Shown: piece by piece, positions 33,992 through 45,334 of the stretch | Layout: every line of letters starts with the position of its first letter | Numbering within the stretch: position 1 is the stretch's first letter | Assembly (NCBI RefSeq): GCF_041886205.1 | Contig: NZ_CP169029.1 | DNA from: Escherichia coli | GTDB lineage: Bacteria; Pseudomonadota; Gammaproteobacteria; Enterobacterales; Enterobacteriaceae | DNA length: 64,000 bases | Strand: one strand, 5' to 3' | Program-made: the position numbers and the translations under genes | Notes under the pieces: model-generated | What the model was told of the DNA's origin: nothing | The model's input: only the letters and a program-made list of their open reading frames with translations | Databases searched by the model: none

Positions 33992-35743
33992 TTAACTTGC
34001 CAGCTTTCTGAGTTTTTCGATGCCCGTAGGTTCTTGTGCGAATAGAGGGACCAGCGCTACACGCTTAGCATGTCGGGCCATCACCGCCTCAATTTGTGGT
34101 CGTTCCTGCGTTGCTCGCTGACACAGTAGCGACGAACGTGTATCCGCAATAGAAAGGCAGTTATTGATTATCCAGCCCCAGGGATGAATCCCTGCGCGTT
34201 CAAGATCGGCCTGCAAATTAGCCGCTTCCAGTACGGGCGTGGTTTCAGGCAGCGTAACCAGCAGCACTTTGGTGCGTTGCGGATCCTGAAGTAGCATCAT
34301 TGGCGTAGTAAAGTGACCTTTTTCGCCCATTTTTTTCGCAATTTCACGGTGATAAGCCCCGGTGGCATCCAGCAATAACAGCGTGTGACCGGTTGGCGCG
34401 GTATCCATCACCACAAAACGTTTACCCGCCTCACGGATCACGCGCGAGAACGCCTGAAATACAGCAATCTCTTCGGTGCAAGGAGAGCGTAAATCCTCTT
34501 CCAGCAGTCGTTTCCCCGCTTCATCGAGATCTTTTCCCTTTGTCTCAAGGACATGCTGGCGATAGCGCTCGGTCTCTTCCTGCGGATTGATCCTGCTGAC
34601 CTGTAGGTTGGTAAGTGTGCCGTTTAGGGTAGTGTTAATGTGGGCAGCAGGATCGGAGGTTGTAAGATGCACATCGAATCCCATATCTGCCAGGCTGACG
34701 GCGATAGCTGCGGCCATTGTGGTTTTCCCCACGCCGCCTTTTCCCATCAGCATGATCAGACCGTGTTCACTGCGGGCAATATCATTCACTAGCTCAGAGA
34801 ATGACATGTTTTCAAAGAATTGCTGGCGCATCTGGTCAGAGAGCGGTGCAGGCTCGAAACGGGTATTAAAAAGACCTTTTAATGCAGGCACGCCAACCAT
34901 GTTCACCGGTTGAAGAAAGAGGGTATCTGCTGGAATGGTCGATAAACCGGCGGGTAAATTTACCAGGGCTTCCTGCTCACGCTGAACTATTGCCATTGCT
35001 AGTGGGTCATTTTGCTGCCCGGACTCAGGCAATACGCCGTTGATCACCAGATAATGATTTTTAAGACCAATCGCTGCCAGTTCTTCATGAGTGCGAGCGA
35101 CTTCCTGCAATGTTGATTTTTGCAGGCGTGCAACCAGCACCAGGCGGGTACGCTCAGGATCGGATAATGCTTCTACCGCATCAGCGTACTGCTCACGCTG
35201 TTTTTCCAGCCCAGCCATCGGGCCAAGACAGGAGGCACCATCGGGATTACTTTCAATAAAACTGCTCCAGGCACCGGGGAGCTGCAGAAGTCGTATGGTA
35301 TGGCCCGTTGGCGCGGTATCAAAAATGATGTGATCAAAGCGGGCCAGCAGAGAGGCATCGGTCAGTAAACCGGTGAACTCATCGAACGCCGCGATCTCCG
35401 TCGTACATGCTCCCGAAAGTTGTTCGCGTATACTATTTACAACCTCCTCAGGGAGAAGTCCTTTGATAGGGTCAACGATTCTGGCCCGATACTGTTCAGC
35501 GGCTTGCTGAGGATCAATTTCCAGCGCGGACAAACCGGGAACCGCTGTCACAGGAGTAATAGCGTTACCAATAGTTTGATTAAATACCTGACCGACATTC
35601 GACGCGGGGTCGGTGCTGACAAGCAGAACCCGTTTTCCCTGTTCCGCCAGATGGATAGCAGTTGCGCAGGAAATTGACGTTTTACCTACACCTCCCTTAC
35701 CGGTAAAAAACAGATAAGGCGGGATATTCTGTAAGAATTTCAT
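33992..35743 (-). CDS. arsA: Arsenite pump ATPase ArsA, 583 aa
   Basis: Two P-loops (GKGGVGKT in each half) typical of ArsA; start at MKFLQNIPP. Confidence 0.9.
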   Translation of the reverse strand: MKFLQNIPPYLFFTGKGGVGKTSISCATAIHLAEQGKRVLLVSTDPASNVGQVFNQTIGNAITPVTAVPGLSALEIDPQQAAEQYRARIVDPIKGLLPEEVVNSIREQLSGACTTEIAAFDEFTGLLTDASLLARFDHIIFDTAPTGHTIRLLQLPGAWSSFIESNPDGASCLGPMAGLEKQREQYADAVEALSDPERTRLVLVARLQKSTLQEVARTHEELAAIGLKNHYLVINGVLPESGQQNDPLAMAIVQREQEALVNLPAGLSTIPADTLFLQPVNMVGVPALKGLFNTRFEPAPLSDQMRQQFFENMSFSELVNDIARSEHGLIMLMGKGGVGKTTMAAAIAVSLADMGFDVHLTTSDPAAHINTTLNGTLTNLQVSRINPQEETERYRQHVLETKGKDLDEAGKRLLEEDLRSPCTEEIAVFQAFSRVIREAGKRFVVMDTAPTGHTLLLLDATGAYHREIAKKMGEKGHFTTPMMLLQDPQRTKVLLVTLPETTPVLEAANLQADLERAGIHPWGWIINNCLSIADTRSSLLCQRATQERPQIEAVMARHAKRVALVPLFAQEPTGIEKLRKLAS

Positions 35744-35760
35744 ATGTCCCCCTGACCGGC

Positions 35761-36123
35761 TCAACAACAGTCGGTTTTTCCGCCACAGCAGTGTGTTGGT
35801 GCCAGTCCCACCTTCTCCAGCGGGATCCCAAACCAGCGGGCTAGCTCGGCGCGTTTCGGATAACGGCCCGCCATCACGGTTTCGCCTCCCAGTAAGATCA
35901 AGGGCAATCCTTCCGCCCCGGAAGCCTCAAGAAACGCTTTCGCTTTTTCGTTTTGCACGAAACTCATCGGTTGCTGCGCGAGATTGTAACGTTCGACCTG
36001 AACACCGCGGCTTTTCAGCCATTGCACATCTGCGGAAAAATCGACCAGCACCTGATCAACATCAGAACCACAGACGCCGGTACTGCAACACATCGCCGGA
36101 TCAAACACCGTTAACGTCTTCAT
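35761..36123 (-). CDS. arsD: Arsenic metallochaperone ArsD, 120 aa
   Basis: MCCSTGVCG N-terminal motif and C-terminal CCGG...CC, close to plasmid R773 ArsD. Confidence 0.9.
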   Translation of the reverse strand: MKTLTVFDPAMCCSTGVCGSDVDQVLVDFSADVQWLKSRGVQVERYNLAQQPMSFVQNEKAKAFLEASGAEGLPLILLGGETVMAGRYPKRAELARWFGIPLEKVGLAPTHCCGGKTDCC

Positions 36124-36170
36124 CTTCGATACCTCACATTCGGAAAATCATATATATCAAGTCAAATTTT

Positions 36171-36524
36171 TTAACTGCAACTTGCTTTACCGTCAGCAGA
36201 GCAGTTGGCTGCGGCCAGCTTACGGGCGATAGCCTGCACGTCGTCCAGTTGGCTTAATCTTGTTTGCTCAATAATTTTCGCCGCCCATGCTGGAATATGC
36301 GGCGATAAGCGGTAATGAACCCACTTACCCTGCTTGCGATCCAGCAATAGCCCACTTTCACGCAGCAATGCCAGGTGGCGGGAGATCTTGGGCTGCGACT
36401 GGTCGAGAGCAGTACAGAGATCGCAGACACATAACTCTCCCAGCTCGCTGAGCAGTAAAACGATGCCCAGACGGGTCTCATCAGCAAGAATTTTGAACAG
36501 TTGGATGGGTAAGAGAAATGACAT
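36171..36524 (-). CDS. arsR: Arsenite-responsive repressor ArsR, 117 aa
   Basis: ELCVCDLC metal-binding site in an ArsR/SmtB fold. Confidence 0.93.
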   Translation of the reverse strand: MSFLLPIQLFKILADETRLGIVLLLSELGELCVCDLCTALDQSQPKISRHLALLRESGLLLDRKQGKWVHYRLSPHIPAWAAKIIEQTRLSQLDDVQAIARKLAAANCSADGKASCS

Positions 36525-36674
36525 ATTGCGCTCCTGATTGTTGCAGGTAGTGTCTCTCTTCGAAGCGGATAAGTCAAAAACATATATGACTTAACGAATG
36601 TGTAAGCGCAGAAGAAGGTAATAGGTGTGAATTTTGAGTTGGGTATTCATTTGAAAGGAGGTCTGAATCAGGAC

Positions 36675-36765
36675 GTAAAAAAACCGACTTTGTGTCGGTT
36701 TTTTACTTCCCAGCCCTGAGTTGGTGGCTCTGGCTGGAGTGAGAGAGCTCTTATCTAACAGTTCA
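36675..36765 (-). ncRNA. agrB: AgrB small RNA, trans-antisense regulator of dinQ
   Basis: Terminator hairpin plus U-tract on the minus strand; about 33 nt complementary to the dinQ 5' region with 2 mismatches; coordinates approximate. Confidence 0.65.
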
Positions 36766-36908
36766 ATACTATTAGCCAGTGGCTAACATTGCAAGAATTA
36801 GCGATTTCTTCAGCTGGAGAAGGGACAGTTTGCTATACATGTTGGTGAAAGAGGATTTATATACTTTCATCGGGTCGCTGCCGTACCAAGCCTTGTCCGA
36901 ATCCGGAT

Positions 36909-36998
36909 GTAAAAAAACCGACTTTGCGTCGGTTTTTTACTTTCCAGCCCTGAGTTGGTGGCTCTGACTGGAGTGAGATAGCCATCATCTAACGCATC
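36909..36998 (-). ncRNA. agrA: AgrA small RNA, paralog of AgrB
   Basis: Second copy of the same repeat with its own terminator and more mismatches to dinQ; coordinates approximate. Confidence 0.6.
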
Positions 36999-37057
36999 AA
37001 TGCTAATACCATACTGAAACTATTGCAAGGACGTGCTGGTTTTATAACCTGCATGTA

Positions 37058-37073
37058 CTGTATGATTATCCAG
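37058..37073 (+). promoter_or_regulatory. LexA box in the dinQ promoter
   Basis: CTGTATGATTATCCAG (CTG-N10-CAG) upstream of dinQ. Confidence 0.75.
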
Positions 37074-37266
37074 TTAGCTCTGAGGCATTTTCACTCTGGC
37101 AATGCGCATAAACGCTTTCAAAGTCCTGGTCAGAAGTACGGGTGGTGCCGTTAACTGATGCTCTGGCCGGAGTGAGAGAGTTCTTATCTAACAATGAGAC
37201 ATGCGCCGTGACAGGCAGTGGATGAGTAAGCGGATGCATTCTCACTCCATCGCATGGAGAAAACGG

Positions 37267-37350
37267 GTGATTGATAAAGCAATCATCGTTCTTGGGGCGT
37301 TAATTGCGCTGCTGGAACTGATCCGCTTTCTGCTTCAGCTTCTGAACTGA
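37267..37350 (+). CDS. dinQ: DinQ type I toxin peptide, 27 aa
   Basis: GTG-initiated ORF encoding (M)IDKAIIVLGALIALLELIRFLLQLLN, matching the DinQ peptide as remembered. Confidence 0.8.
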   Translation: MIDKAIIVLGALIALLELIRFLLQLLN

Positions 37351-37366
37351 TAGCGGAAACGTAATT

Positions 37367-37400
37367 AAGGGCTAAGAGCACACTACTCTTAGCCCTTTAA
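37367..37400. terminator. Bidirectional hairpin between convergent dinQ and gor
   Basis: Stem aagggctaagag / ctcttagccctt. Confidence 0.6.
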
Positions 37401-37403
37401 CAT

Positions 37404-38756
37404 TTAACGCATGGTCACGAACTCTTCTGCCGCCGTCGGGTGAATGGCAACCGTGTTGTCGAAGTCTTTTTTGGTTGCGCCCATCTTCAGCGCCACCGCG
37501 AAGCCCTGCAACATTTCGTCCATACCAAAACCAATTCCGTGAATACCGACAATCTTCTCTTCCGGCCCAACGCACACCAGCTTCATGCGGCACGGCTGGC
37601 GGTGAGTGGTGACTGCGGTATACATCGCGGTGAAAGAGGATTTATACACTTTCACCTGATCGTCGCCGTACTGCTCGCGCGCCTGCGGTTCCGTTAAACC
37701 AACAGTACCAATCGGCGGATGGCTGAAGACCACGGTCGGAATGTTGCTGTAATCCAGATGCTCATCCGGCTTGTTATTAAACAGGCGTTCAGAGAGGCGG
37801 CGACCCGCTGCAACTGCCACCGGTGTCAGTTCTACTGCACCCGTGTTATCGCCCACCGCGTAAATACCTTCAATGTTGGTGTTTTGATATTTATCGACGA
37901 CGATATAGCCTTTTTCGTTAGTTTTAACGCCAGCGGCTTCCAGGTTGATGTTGTCATTGGCAGGCTCGCGACCAATCGCCCAAATCAGGCAATCCACCGT
38001 TTCACTGCGACCATCTTCCAGCTCCAGCGTCAGGCTACCATCGGCATTTTTCACTACCGCTTTCGGGATGGCGTTGGTGTGCAACTGCGGGCCTTCGGCG
38101 TTCATCACTTCGACCAGCGTTTCAGAGATCATCGGGTCGAAGCTGCGCAGCGGCGCATGTTTACGCACAAACAGATGCGTTTTCGCGCCGAGGCCGTTAA
38201 TCACGCCCGCCAGCTCAACGGCGATGTAACCCGCGCCAACAACAGCCACGCGCTCTGGCAAAGCAGGAAGGGCGAAGAAGCCATCAGAATCAATACCGTA
38301 TTCCACGCCTGGAATATCCGGGTGGCTCGGACGACCGCCGGTGGCGATCAGAATATGATCGGCCGTGATGGTTTCGCCGTTTACCTCCAGCGTTTTGGCA
38401 TCAACGAAGCGGGCAAAGCCTTTGATTACATCAACGTTATTTTTACCGAGCACGTTTTCATAGGAAGTATGAATACGGTCGATATAGGCGGTACGGCTGG
38501 CGATCAACGTTTCCCAGTTGAATTTATTGATAGTGGTATCAAAACCATAATCCGGGCCGTACATATGGATCGCTTCACGGATTTGCGCCGCGTGCCACAT
38601 CACTTTCTTCGGTACGCAGCCGACGTTCACGCAGGTGCCGCCCAGCTCTTTGGCTTCAATCAGTGCGCATTTCTGGCCGTACATAGCCGCGCGGTTGATG
38701 GAGGCGATACCGCCGCTGCCGCCGCCGATGGCGATGTAATCATAGTGTTTAGTCAT
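37404..38756 (-). CDS. gor: Glutathione reductase Gor, 450 aa
   Basis: FAD-binding GGGSGG motif and redox-active CVNVGC. Confidence 0.95.
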   Translation of the reverse strand: MTKHYDYIAIGGGSGGIASINRAAMYGQKCALIEAKELGGTCVNVGCVPKKVMWHAAQIREAIHMYGPDYGFDTTINKFNWETLIASRTAYIDRIHTSYENVLGKNNVDVIKGFARFVDAKTLEVNGETITADHILIATGGRPSHPDIPGVEYGIDSDGFFALPALPERVAVVGAGYIAVELAGVINGLGAKTHLFVRKHAPLRSFDPMISETLVEVMNAEGPQLHTNAIPKAVVKNADGSLTLELEDGRSETVDCLIWAIGREPANDNINLEAAGVKTNEKGYIVVDKYQNTNIEGIYAVGDNTGAVELTPVAVAAGRRLSERLFNNKPDEHLDYSNIPTVVFSHPPIGTVGLTEPQAREQYGDDQVKVYKSSFTAMYTAVTTHRQPCRMKLVCVGPEEKIVGIHGIGFGMDEMLQGFAVALKMGATKKDFDNTVAIHPTAAEEFVTMR

Positions 38757-38827
38757 GACAGAGTGTCCTTATCGTTGATTACCGCGATTGTAGCGCGAGA
38801 CGTAATAGGTGCCAGCAATGGCTGCAA

Positions 38828-39670
38828 TTACTCCGGCACGATCCAGCTTACGGTGGCGTGCCCGGTGCCTGCCGGAACCAGTTTGCTGTGCAGCCACGGC
38901 AGCACGTTATTCATCTGCTGTTCCAGCTTCCACGGCGGGTTAATCACAATCATGCCGGAAGCGGTCATGCCACGGCGATCGCTGTCTGGCAGCACCGCCA
39001 GTTCAATTTGCAGAATTTTGCGAATGCCAGTCGCTTCCAGGTCGTGGATCATGCGCTTAATTTGCTGGCGCAGCACCACCGGATACCACAATGCGTAAGT
39101 GCCAGTGGCGAAACGTTTGTAACCTTCTGCTATCCCGCTGACCACCGCCTGATAGTCAGTTTTCATTTCATACGGCGGGTCGATAAGGATTAAACCACGG
39201 CGAGAAACCGGCGGCAGTTTGGACTTAAGTTGCTGGAAACCGTCGGCTTTTTCGACGCGCGCACGGCTGTCTTTCTGAAATTCAGAACGCAGCAACGGGT
39301 AATCGCTCGGGTGCAGCTCGGTCAGTTGCAGGCTGTCTTGTTCGCGCAGTAGCTGGCGAGCAATCAACGGCGAACCGGGGTAGTAACGCAATTGACCGCT
39401 ACGGTTGAAGTGTTTTACCACATTGATGTACGGCTCCAGCTCCGCAGGCAAATCGTCCTGCTGCCAGATACGGGCGATACCTTCGAGATATTCGCCGGTA
39501 CGCTCGGCATGTTCGCTGCCTAACTGATAACGCCCGGCCCCTGCGTGGGTGTCGAGATAGAGAAACGGTTTATCTTTCTCTTTCAGCGACTCGATGATCA
39601 GGCTCTGAACGGTATGTTTAAGGACGTCGGCGTGGTTGCCAGCGTGAAAGCTGTGGCGATAACTGAGCAT
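38828..39670 (-). CDS. rlmJ: 23S rRNA m6A2030 methyltransferase RlmJ (YhiR), 280 aa
   Basis: Start at MLSYRHSFHAGN; the ORF track is extended 17 codons upstream. Confidence 0.88.
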   Translation of the reverse strand: MLSYRHSFHAGNHADVLKHTVQSLIIESLKEKDKPFLYLDTHAGAGRYQLGSEHAERTGEYLEGIARIWQQDDLPAELEPYINVVKHFNRSGQLRYYPGSPLIARQLLREQDSLQLTELHPSDYPLLRSEFQKDSRARVEKADGFQQLKSKLPPVSRRGLILIDPPYEMKTDYQAVVSGIAEGYKRFATGTYALWYPVVLRQQIKRMIHDLEATGIRKILQIELAVLPDSDRRGMTASGMIVINPPWKLEQQMNNVLPWLHSKLVPAGTGHATVSWIVPE

Positions 39671-39872
39671 GGGTAAAGGTGTTCCGGTAAGTAAAAATCG
39701 GCCCGTATTCGGGGCGCACAAAAGCCTATCAGGACAGTATACCGAAAAGAGGCCGCCGCCGCGAAAGCGTAACGTTTCTCATTGAAATTCACTACACTTA
39801 ACCCCATGCTACACACATTATGTAAAGCGCCCGTTGAGCGCTTCCCTAACCTCTTTAACCAGGACTGCGCGA

Positions 39873-41915
39873 ATGACGAATCCGTTACTGACTCCCTTTG
39901 AATTGCCTCCGTTTTCTAAAATTCTCCCGGAACATGTCGTTCCAGCCGTGACGAAGGCGCTGAACGACTGCCGGGAAAATGTGGAGCGCGTAGTAGCGCA
40001 AGGAGCACCGTACACCTGGGAAAATCTCTGCCAGCCGTTGGCGGAAGTGGACGATGTGCTTGGGCGTATTTTCTCCCCGGTCAGCCACCTGAACTCGGTG
40101 AAAAATAGCCCGGAACTGCGTGAAGCGTACGAACAAACCCTGCCGCTGCTGTCGGAATACAGCACCTGGGTAGGGCAACATGAAGGGCTGTATAAAGCGT
40201 ATCGCGACCTGCGCGATGGCGATCATTACGCCACGCTGAACACGGCGCAGAAGAAAGCGGTTGATAACGCACTGCGCGACTTTGAACTCTCTGGCATCGG
40301 TCTGCCGAAAGAGAAACAGCAGCGTTACGGCGAAATTGCTACCCGTCTTTCTGAACTGGGCAACCAGTACAGCAACAACGTCCTCGATGCGACGATGGGC
40401 TGGACCAAACTCGTTACCGACGAAGCGGAACTGGCGGGGATGCCAGAAAGCGCGCTGGCTGCGGCAAAAGCCCAGGCCGAAGCGAAAGAGCTGGAAGGCT
40501 ACCTGCTGACGCTGGATATCCCAAGCTACCTGCCGGTAATGACCTACTGCGACAACCAGGCTCTGCGCGAAGAGATGTATCGCGCATACAGCACCCGCGC
40601 CTCCGATCAAGGCCCGAACGCCGGTAAGTGGGATAACAGCAAGGTGATGGAAGAGATCCTCGCGCTGCGTCACGAACTGGCGCAACTGCTGGGCTTTGAA
40701 AACTACGCCTTTAAATCCCTTGCCACTAAAATGGCAGAAAACCCGCAGCAGGTGCTTGATTTCTTAACCGATCTGGCAAAACGCGCGCGTCCGCAAGGCG
40801 AAAAAGAGCTGGAGCAACTGCGTGCCTTCGCTAAAGCCGAATTTGGCGTGGATGAGTTGCAGCCGTGGGATATCGCTTACTACAGCGAAAAACAAAAACA
40901 GCATCTCTACAGCATCAGTGACGAACAGCTGCGTCCGTACTTCCCGGAAAACAAAGCGGTTAACGGCCTGTTTGAAGTGGTAAAACGTATTTACGGCATC
41001 ACCGCTAAAGAGCGTAAAGATGTTGATGTCTGGCATCCGGATGTACGTTTCTTCGAACTGTATGACGAGAACAACGAACTGCGCGGCAGCTTCTACCTCG
41101 ATCTGTATACCCGTGAAAACAAGCGCGGCGGGGCGTGGATGGATGACTGCGTAGGCCAGATGCGTAAAGCTGATGGTTCTCTGCAAAAACCGGTCGCGTA
41201 TCTAACCTGTAACTTCAACCGCCCGGTGAATGGTAAACCGGCGCTGTTTACCCATGACGAAGTTATCACCCTGTTCCATGAGTTCGGTCACGGCCTGCAC
41301 CATATGCTGACCCGCATCGAAACTGCCGGTGTGTCTGGTATCAGCGGGGTGCCGTGGGATGCGGTCGAACTGCCGAGCCAGTTTATGGAAAACTGGTGCT
41401 GGGAGCCGGAGGCGCTGGCGTTTATCTCTGGTCACTACGAAACCGGCGAACCGCTGCCGAAGGAACTACTGGATAAAATGCTGGCAGCGAAAAACTACCA
41501 GGCGGCACTGTTTATTCTGCGCCAGCTGGAGTTCGGCCTGTTCGATTTCCGCCTCCATGCCGAGTTCCGCCCGGATCAGGGAGCGAAAATCCTCGAAACT
41601 CTGGCAGAAATCAAGAAACTGGTTGCCGTGGTACCGTCTCCGTCATGGGGCCGTTTCCCACACGCTTTCAGCCATATTTTCGCCGGTGGTTATGCCGCAG
41701 GTTACTACAGCTACCTGTGGGCTGACGTACTGGCGGCAGATGCCTTCTCGCGCTTTGAGGAAGAGGGCATTTTCAACCGTAAAACCGGGCAGTCGTTCCT
41801 CGACAACATTCTAAGCCGTGGCGGTTCAGAAGAGCCGATGGATCTGTTCAAACGCTTCCGTGGTCGTGAACCGCAGCTGGATGCGATGCTGGAGCATTAC
41901 GGCATTAAGGGCTGA
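39873..41915 (+). CDS. prlC: Oligopeptidase A PrlC, 680 aa
   Basis: HEFGH zinc motif; start at MTNPLLTPF. Confidence 0.93.
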   Translation: MTNPLLTPFELPPFSKILPEHVVPAVTKALNDCRENVERVVAQGAPYTWENLCQPLAEVDDVLGRIFSPVSHLNSVKNSPELREAYEQTLPLLSEYSTWVGQHEGLYKAYRDLRDGDHYATLNTAQKKAVDNALRDFELSGIGLPKEKQQRYGEIATRLSELGNQYSNNVLDATMGWTKLVTDEAELAGMPESALAAAKAQAEAKELEGYLLTLDIPSYLPVMTYCDNQALREEMYRAYSTRASDQGPNAGKWDNSKVMEEILALRHELAQLLGFENYAFKSLATKMAENPQQVLDFLTDLAKRARPQGEKELEQLRAFAKAEFGVDELQPWDIAYYSEKQKQHLYSISDEQLRPYFPENKAVNGLFEVVKRIYGITAKERKDVDVWHPDVRFFELYDENNELRGSFYLDLYTRENKRGGAWMDDCVGQMRKADGSLQKPVAYLTCNFNRPVNGKPALFTHDEVITLFHEFGHGLHHMLTRIETAGVSGISGVPWDAVELPSQFMENWCWEPEALAFISGHYETGEPLPKELLDKMLAAKNYQAALFILRQLEFGLFDFRLHAEFRPDQGAKILETLAEIKKLVAVVPSPSWGRFPHAFSHIFAGGYAAGYYSYLWADVLAADAFSRFEEEGIFNRKTGQSFLDNILSRGGSEEPMDLFKRFRGREPQLDAMLEHYGIKG

Positions 41916-41922
41916 TCATTCA

Positions 41923-42675
41923 GTGAAAATCTGCTTAATTGATGAAACAGGCACCGGAGACGGTGCCTTATCTGTTCTGGCGGCTCGCTGGGGGCTGGAG
42001 CACGATGAAGACAACCTGATGGCGCTGGTGTTAACGCCGGAACATCTGGAATTGCGCAAGCGTGATGAGCCAAAACTTGGCGGCATCTTTGTTGATTTTG
42101 TTGGCGGAGCGATGGCGCACCGACGCAAATTCGGCGGTGGTCGCGGTGAGGCGGTGGCGAAAGCGGTGGGCATTAAAGGCGATTATTTGCCGGATGTGGT
42201 GGATGCCACTGCAGGACTGGGGCGCGATGCCTTTGTGCTGGCTTCAGTCGGTTGCCGCGTGCGGATGCTGGAGCGTAATCCAGTTGTTGCCGCATTGCTC
42301 GACGACGGCCTGGCGCGTGGTTATGCGGATGCGGAAATTGGCGGCTGGTTGCAGGAGCGTTTGCAACTGATCCACGCCTCCAGCCTGACGGCGCTGACCG
42401 ATATCACCCCGCGCCCGCAGGTGGTCTATCTCGATCCGATGTTCCCGCACAAGCAGAAAAGCGCGCTGGTGAAAAAAGAGATGCGTGTCTTTCAGTCGCT
42501 GGTGGGGCCGGATCTCGACGCGGATGGGTTGCTGGAGCCTGCGCGGCTGCTGGCGACTAAACGCGTGGTGGTAAAGCGTCCGGACTACGCGCCGCCGCTG
42601 GCAAATGTCGCTACGCCAAACGCGGTAGTCACTAAAGGGCATAGGTTTGATATTTATGCAGGTACGCCAGTGTAA
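41923..42675 (+). CDS. rsmJ: 16S rRNA m2G1516 methyltransferase RsmJ (YhiQ), 250 aa
   Basis: GTG start giving (M)KICLIDETG; the longer ORF-track frame overlaps the prlC 3' end. Confidence 0.85.
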   Translation: MKICLIDETGTGDGALSVLAARWGLEHDEDNLMALVLTPEHLELRKRDEPKLGGIFVDFVGGAMAHRRKFGGGRGEAVAKAVGIKGDYLPDVVDATAGLGRDAFVLASVGCRVRMLERNPVVAALLDDGLARGYADAEIGGWLQERLQLIHASSLTALTDITPRPQVVYLDPMFPHKQKSALVKKEMRVFQSLVGPDLDADGLLEPARLLATKRVVVKRPDYAPPLANVATPNAVVTKGHRFDIYAGTPV

Positions 42676-42723
42676 AACTAAAGCAGGGTAGCGATAACGC
42701 TACCCTGCTTTCTGCAAGAATAA

Positions 42724-44193
42724 TTAATGGCTTTCCGGCGTCGCAATCATGCGTTTCAGCCACGGCACCATCAACAGCATCACTACTGCAACGCCCAGTG
42801 TGACCAGACCAATCTTACCAAACACGTTGGTATAGACGGGCAACGTCTCAAGCGGATCGGTAATGTTGTCCGGCACCGCGGTAAATGTTGCCACATAGCC
42901 GCCCAGCAAGAACGCGGCAGCCTGCGTCAGGAACCACATCCCGAGAATAAAGCCCATCAAATGCTGCGGCACCAGGGCAGCAATCATCGCCAGGCCAAGG
43001 GCGCTAATAAACAGTTCACCTAAGCTCTGGAATAAGTACACCAGCACGATAAACCATGGCGATGTCAGCCCTTGTGCATCCGCAAACCACATTCCCGCAG
43101 CTGCCGCCGTCAAAAAGCCCAGTGAGCACATAAACATGCCGAGAGTAAATTTCATCGGCATCGAGAGGTCTTTGCCTTTGTTACCCAGATGCGTGTAAAT
43201 GCCTGCCAGTATTGGGCTGGCGAGTACCACCCAGAACGGGTTAAGCGCCTGGAAGCTGACCGGGTTGATGGAAAAACCGAGAATTTCATGATGCACGTTG
43301 TTGATGGCAAAGAAGTTCAGCGATGTTGGCATCTGGGCGTAGAGAATGTAAAACACCACCGCTTCGAGCATCAGGACAAAGGCGACAAACATTTTATTGC
43401 GCCCGGTTTTATCCAGCTTGAATGCCTGACGAAAGAAGATGATGGTGACGACGATGGAGAGAACAATCAGCACCAGATTGGCGACTTCTACGTTGTGCAT
43501 CAGCCATGCGCATACGAAGATCATCACCACGCTGCCAAGTAACACGTACAACAGTTTGCTGAAGCTCATTGGCCGGAAGTCGGGTTCAGAACCAATGTCT
43601 TTCACCATTCCACGACAGGCGATGTAAACCAGTAATGCGATAATTAACCCCGCCCCGCACAGGTTGTAGGTGACTGAATAACCGAATCTATCAGCGATCA
43701 CAGGGGCCAGCGATAACGCTATCAACGAGCCGATGTTGATCGACATATAGAACAGGGTGAATGCGCCATCAAGCCGCGGATCTTTCGGCGGATAGCACTT
43801 CGAAAGCAAGCTGGCTGGGTTAGCTTTAAACAGGCCGTTACCTACAGCGATAGTCCCCAGGGCGATGAAAATCAGGTCAGGCTTAAGTAGCGACATGCCG
43901 GTCATGAAGTAGCCAATCGCCAGCACAAGTGCACCAAGAACAATGGTGCGTTTGGTCCCCAGCAGGTGGTCGCCGACATAGCCGCCAATGGAAATGAGGC
44001 CATAGACCAGCGCAGCAAAAGCACCAAAAGTGACAAAAGCCTGCTCTTGCGAGAATCCAAGCTGTTTAACGAAGAAAACCGCCAGTACGCCCTGCACGCC
44101 GTAGTAGCCGAATCGCTCCCATAACTCGACAAAAAAGATCATGAAAAATGGGCGAGGTTGCTGCAGCATCCCCATGGGTGTTGTTGTATTCAT
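42724..44193 (-). CDS. dtpB: Proton-dependent di/tripeptide transporter DtpB (YhiP), 489 aa
   Basis: POT-family ORF matching DtpB. Confidence 0.92.
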
Positions 44194-44452
44194 ATTTATT
44201 AACCTTCCAATACCATCCTGAAAAGTATGAACGCGTAAGGGATAACGCGCGAAAAAGTTTACATCTGTCAGAGATTCTTAATATTGATGCGGTGAATAGA
44301 TTAATACACTATTACAACAGAAAATAACCAGCTGATCACACTAATGATGGAAAATATGATGGTGTTAAATATTGTATTGGCTGGGGATTTTGATTGCGAA
44401 CGCAGACCGTAGGCCAGATAAGGTGTTTACGCTGGATCAGGTAACAAGGCGC

Positions 44453-44485
44453 GCCAAAAAGCAAAACGCCCGCATATGCGGGCGT
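44453..44485 (-). terminator. Rho-independent terminator of uspA
   Basis: Palindrome aacgcccgcatatgcgggcgtt followed by a U-tract on the minus strand; coordinates approximate. Confidence 0.7.
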
Positions 44486-44510
44486 TCAGGAACACGTCGT
44501 AGAGGGAAGA

Positions 44511-44945
44511 TTATTCTTCTTCGTCGCGCAGCGGAACAATCAGCATATCAACGTGAACGGTGTTGATCAGCTGACGTGCGGAAGACATCAGTTTGCTCCA
44601 GAAGTCCTGGTGGTGACCACAAACCACCAGATCCATATCGTATTTCTTGATTGCATCGACCAGAACCTGGCCCAGGTCGCCGCTGCCGCTCAGGGTTTCA
44701 GTGATTGGGTAGCCTGCATTAGTGGAAAGCTCGGTCAGCGCATGATGTGTCTCTTCTGAGATGCGTTTCTGCATATCACCCAGATTCACATCAATAAGCC
44801 CGGTGTATAGGTCAGAGTAGTTTACATCTACGTGGATCAGAGAAACTTTCGCATTGTAGGGGCGAGCCATAGAGACTGCTTTCTCTACCAGAACTTTGCT
44901 TTCCGGGGAGAGATCGACCGCGATGAGAATGTGTTTATAAGCCAT
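44511..44945 (-). CDS. uspA: Universal stress protein A, 144 aa
   Basis: ORF translation matches UspA. Confidence 0.95.
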
Positions 44946-45080
44946 AGTGTTACTCCTTCCATAAAGTTGTCGATGACTGGCCAGCTAGCGTTTCTTGTGC
45001 CGTTACGTCACCCGCGTCCTGCGAACTACGTGCGCGGGGCTAACCCAGCCGTAAAGATTCAGTGTTAAGACCATCCTTAC

Positions 45081-45107
45081 CTTATAGCGACCCGGATGAT
45101 CCGTCAA
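45081..45107 (-). promoter_or_regulatory. Candidate uspA sigma-70 promoter
   Basis: TTGACG ... TATAAG elements on the minus strand about 135 bp upstream of uspA; spacing is suboptimal so the exact boxes are uncertain. Confidence 0.35.
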
Positions 45108-45334
45108 TCCGCCTTGCTTACCCGTTAGATAAACAAATTTTCGACATGAATATATTGATAGTGGTTAACCTTCTGGAAAAAAAACAACCTGATCTCCTAC
45201 ACTATCTATAGAGCCGCTCGGATGTTGGTCACCACAAAAGCGGTTTCTCCAGGACCTGGTGTTAACTGATTGGCAGCGTATCGGGAGCGGTAGCCCCGGG
45301 GGGAACTCCGCGGGCAGGTCGCCGGGGAGGAGGT

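Noticed and set aside
36665-36998. Repeated about 90-bp units considered as IS or MITE terminal repeats
   Set aside because: Each unit carries its own intrinsic terminator and antisense complementarity to dinQ; they fit the agrB/agrA sRNA genes, and no transposase or target-site duplication is present.
37719-39098. 459-aa ORF on the plus strand across gor and rlmJ
   Set aside because: Antisense shadow ORF of two well-supported minus-strand genes; no Shine-Dalgarno and low-complexity Arg/Ala/Gly-rich translation typical of a GC-rich reverse frame.
39885-40685. 266-aa minus-strand ORF inside prlC
   Set aside because: Antisense to the conserved oligopeptidase A coding region; no independent support.
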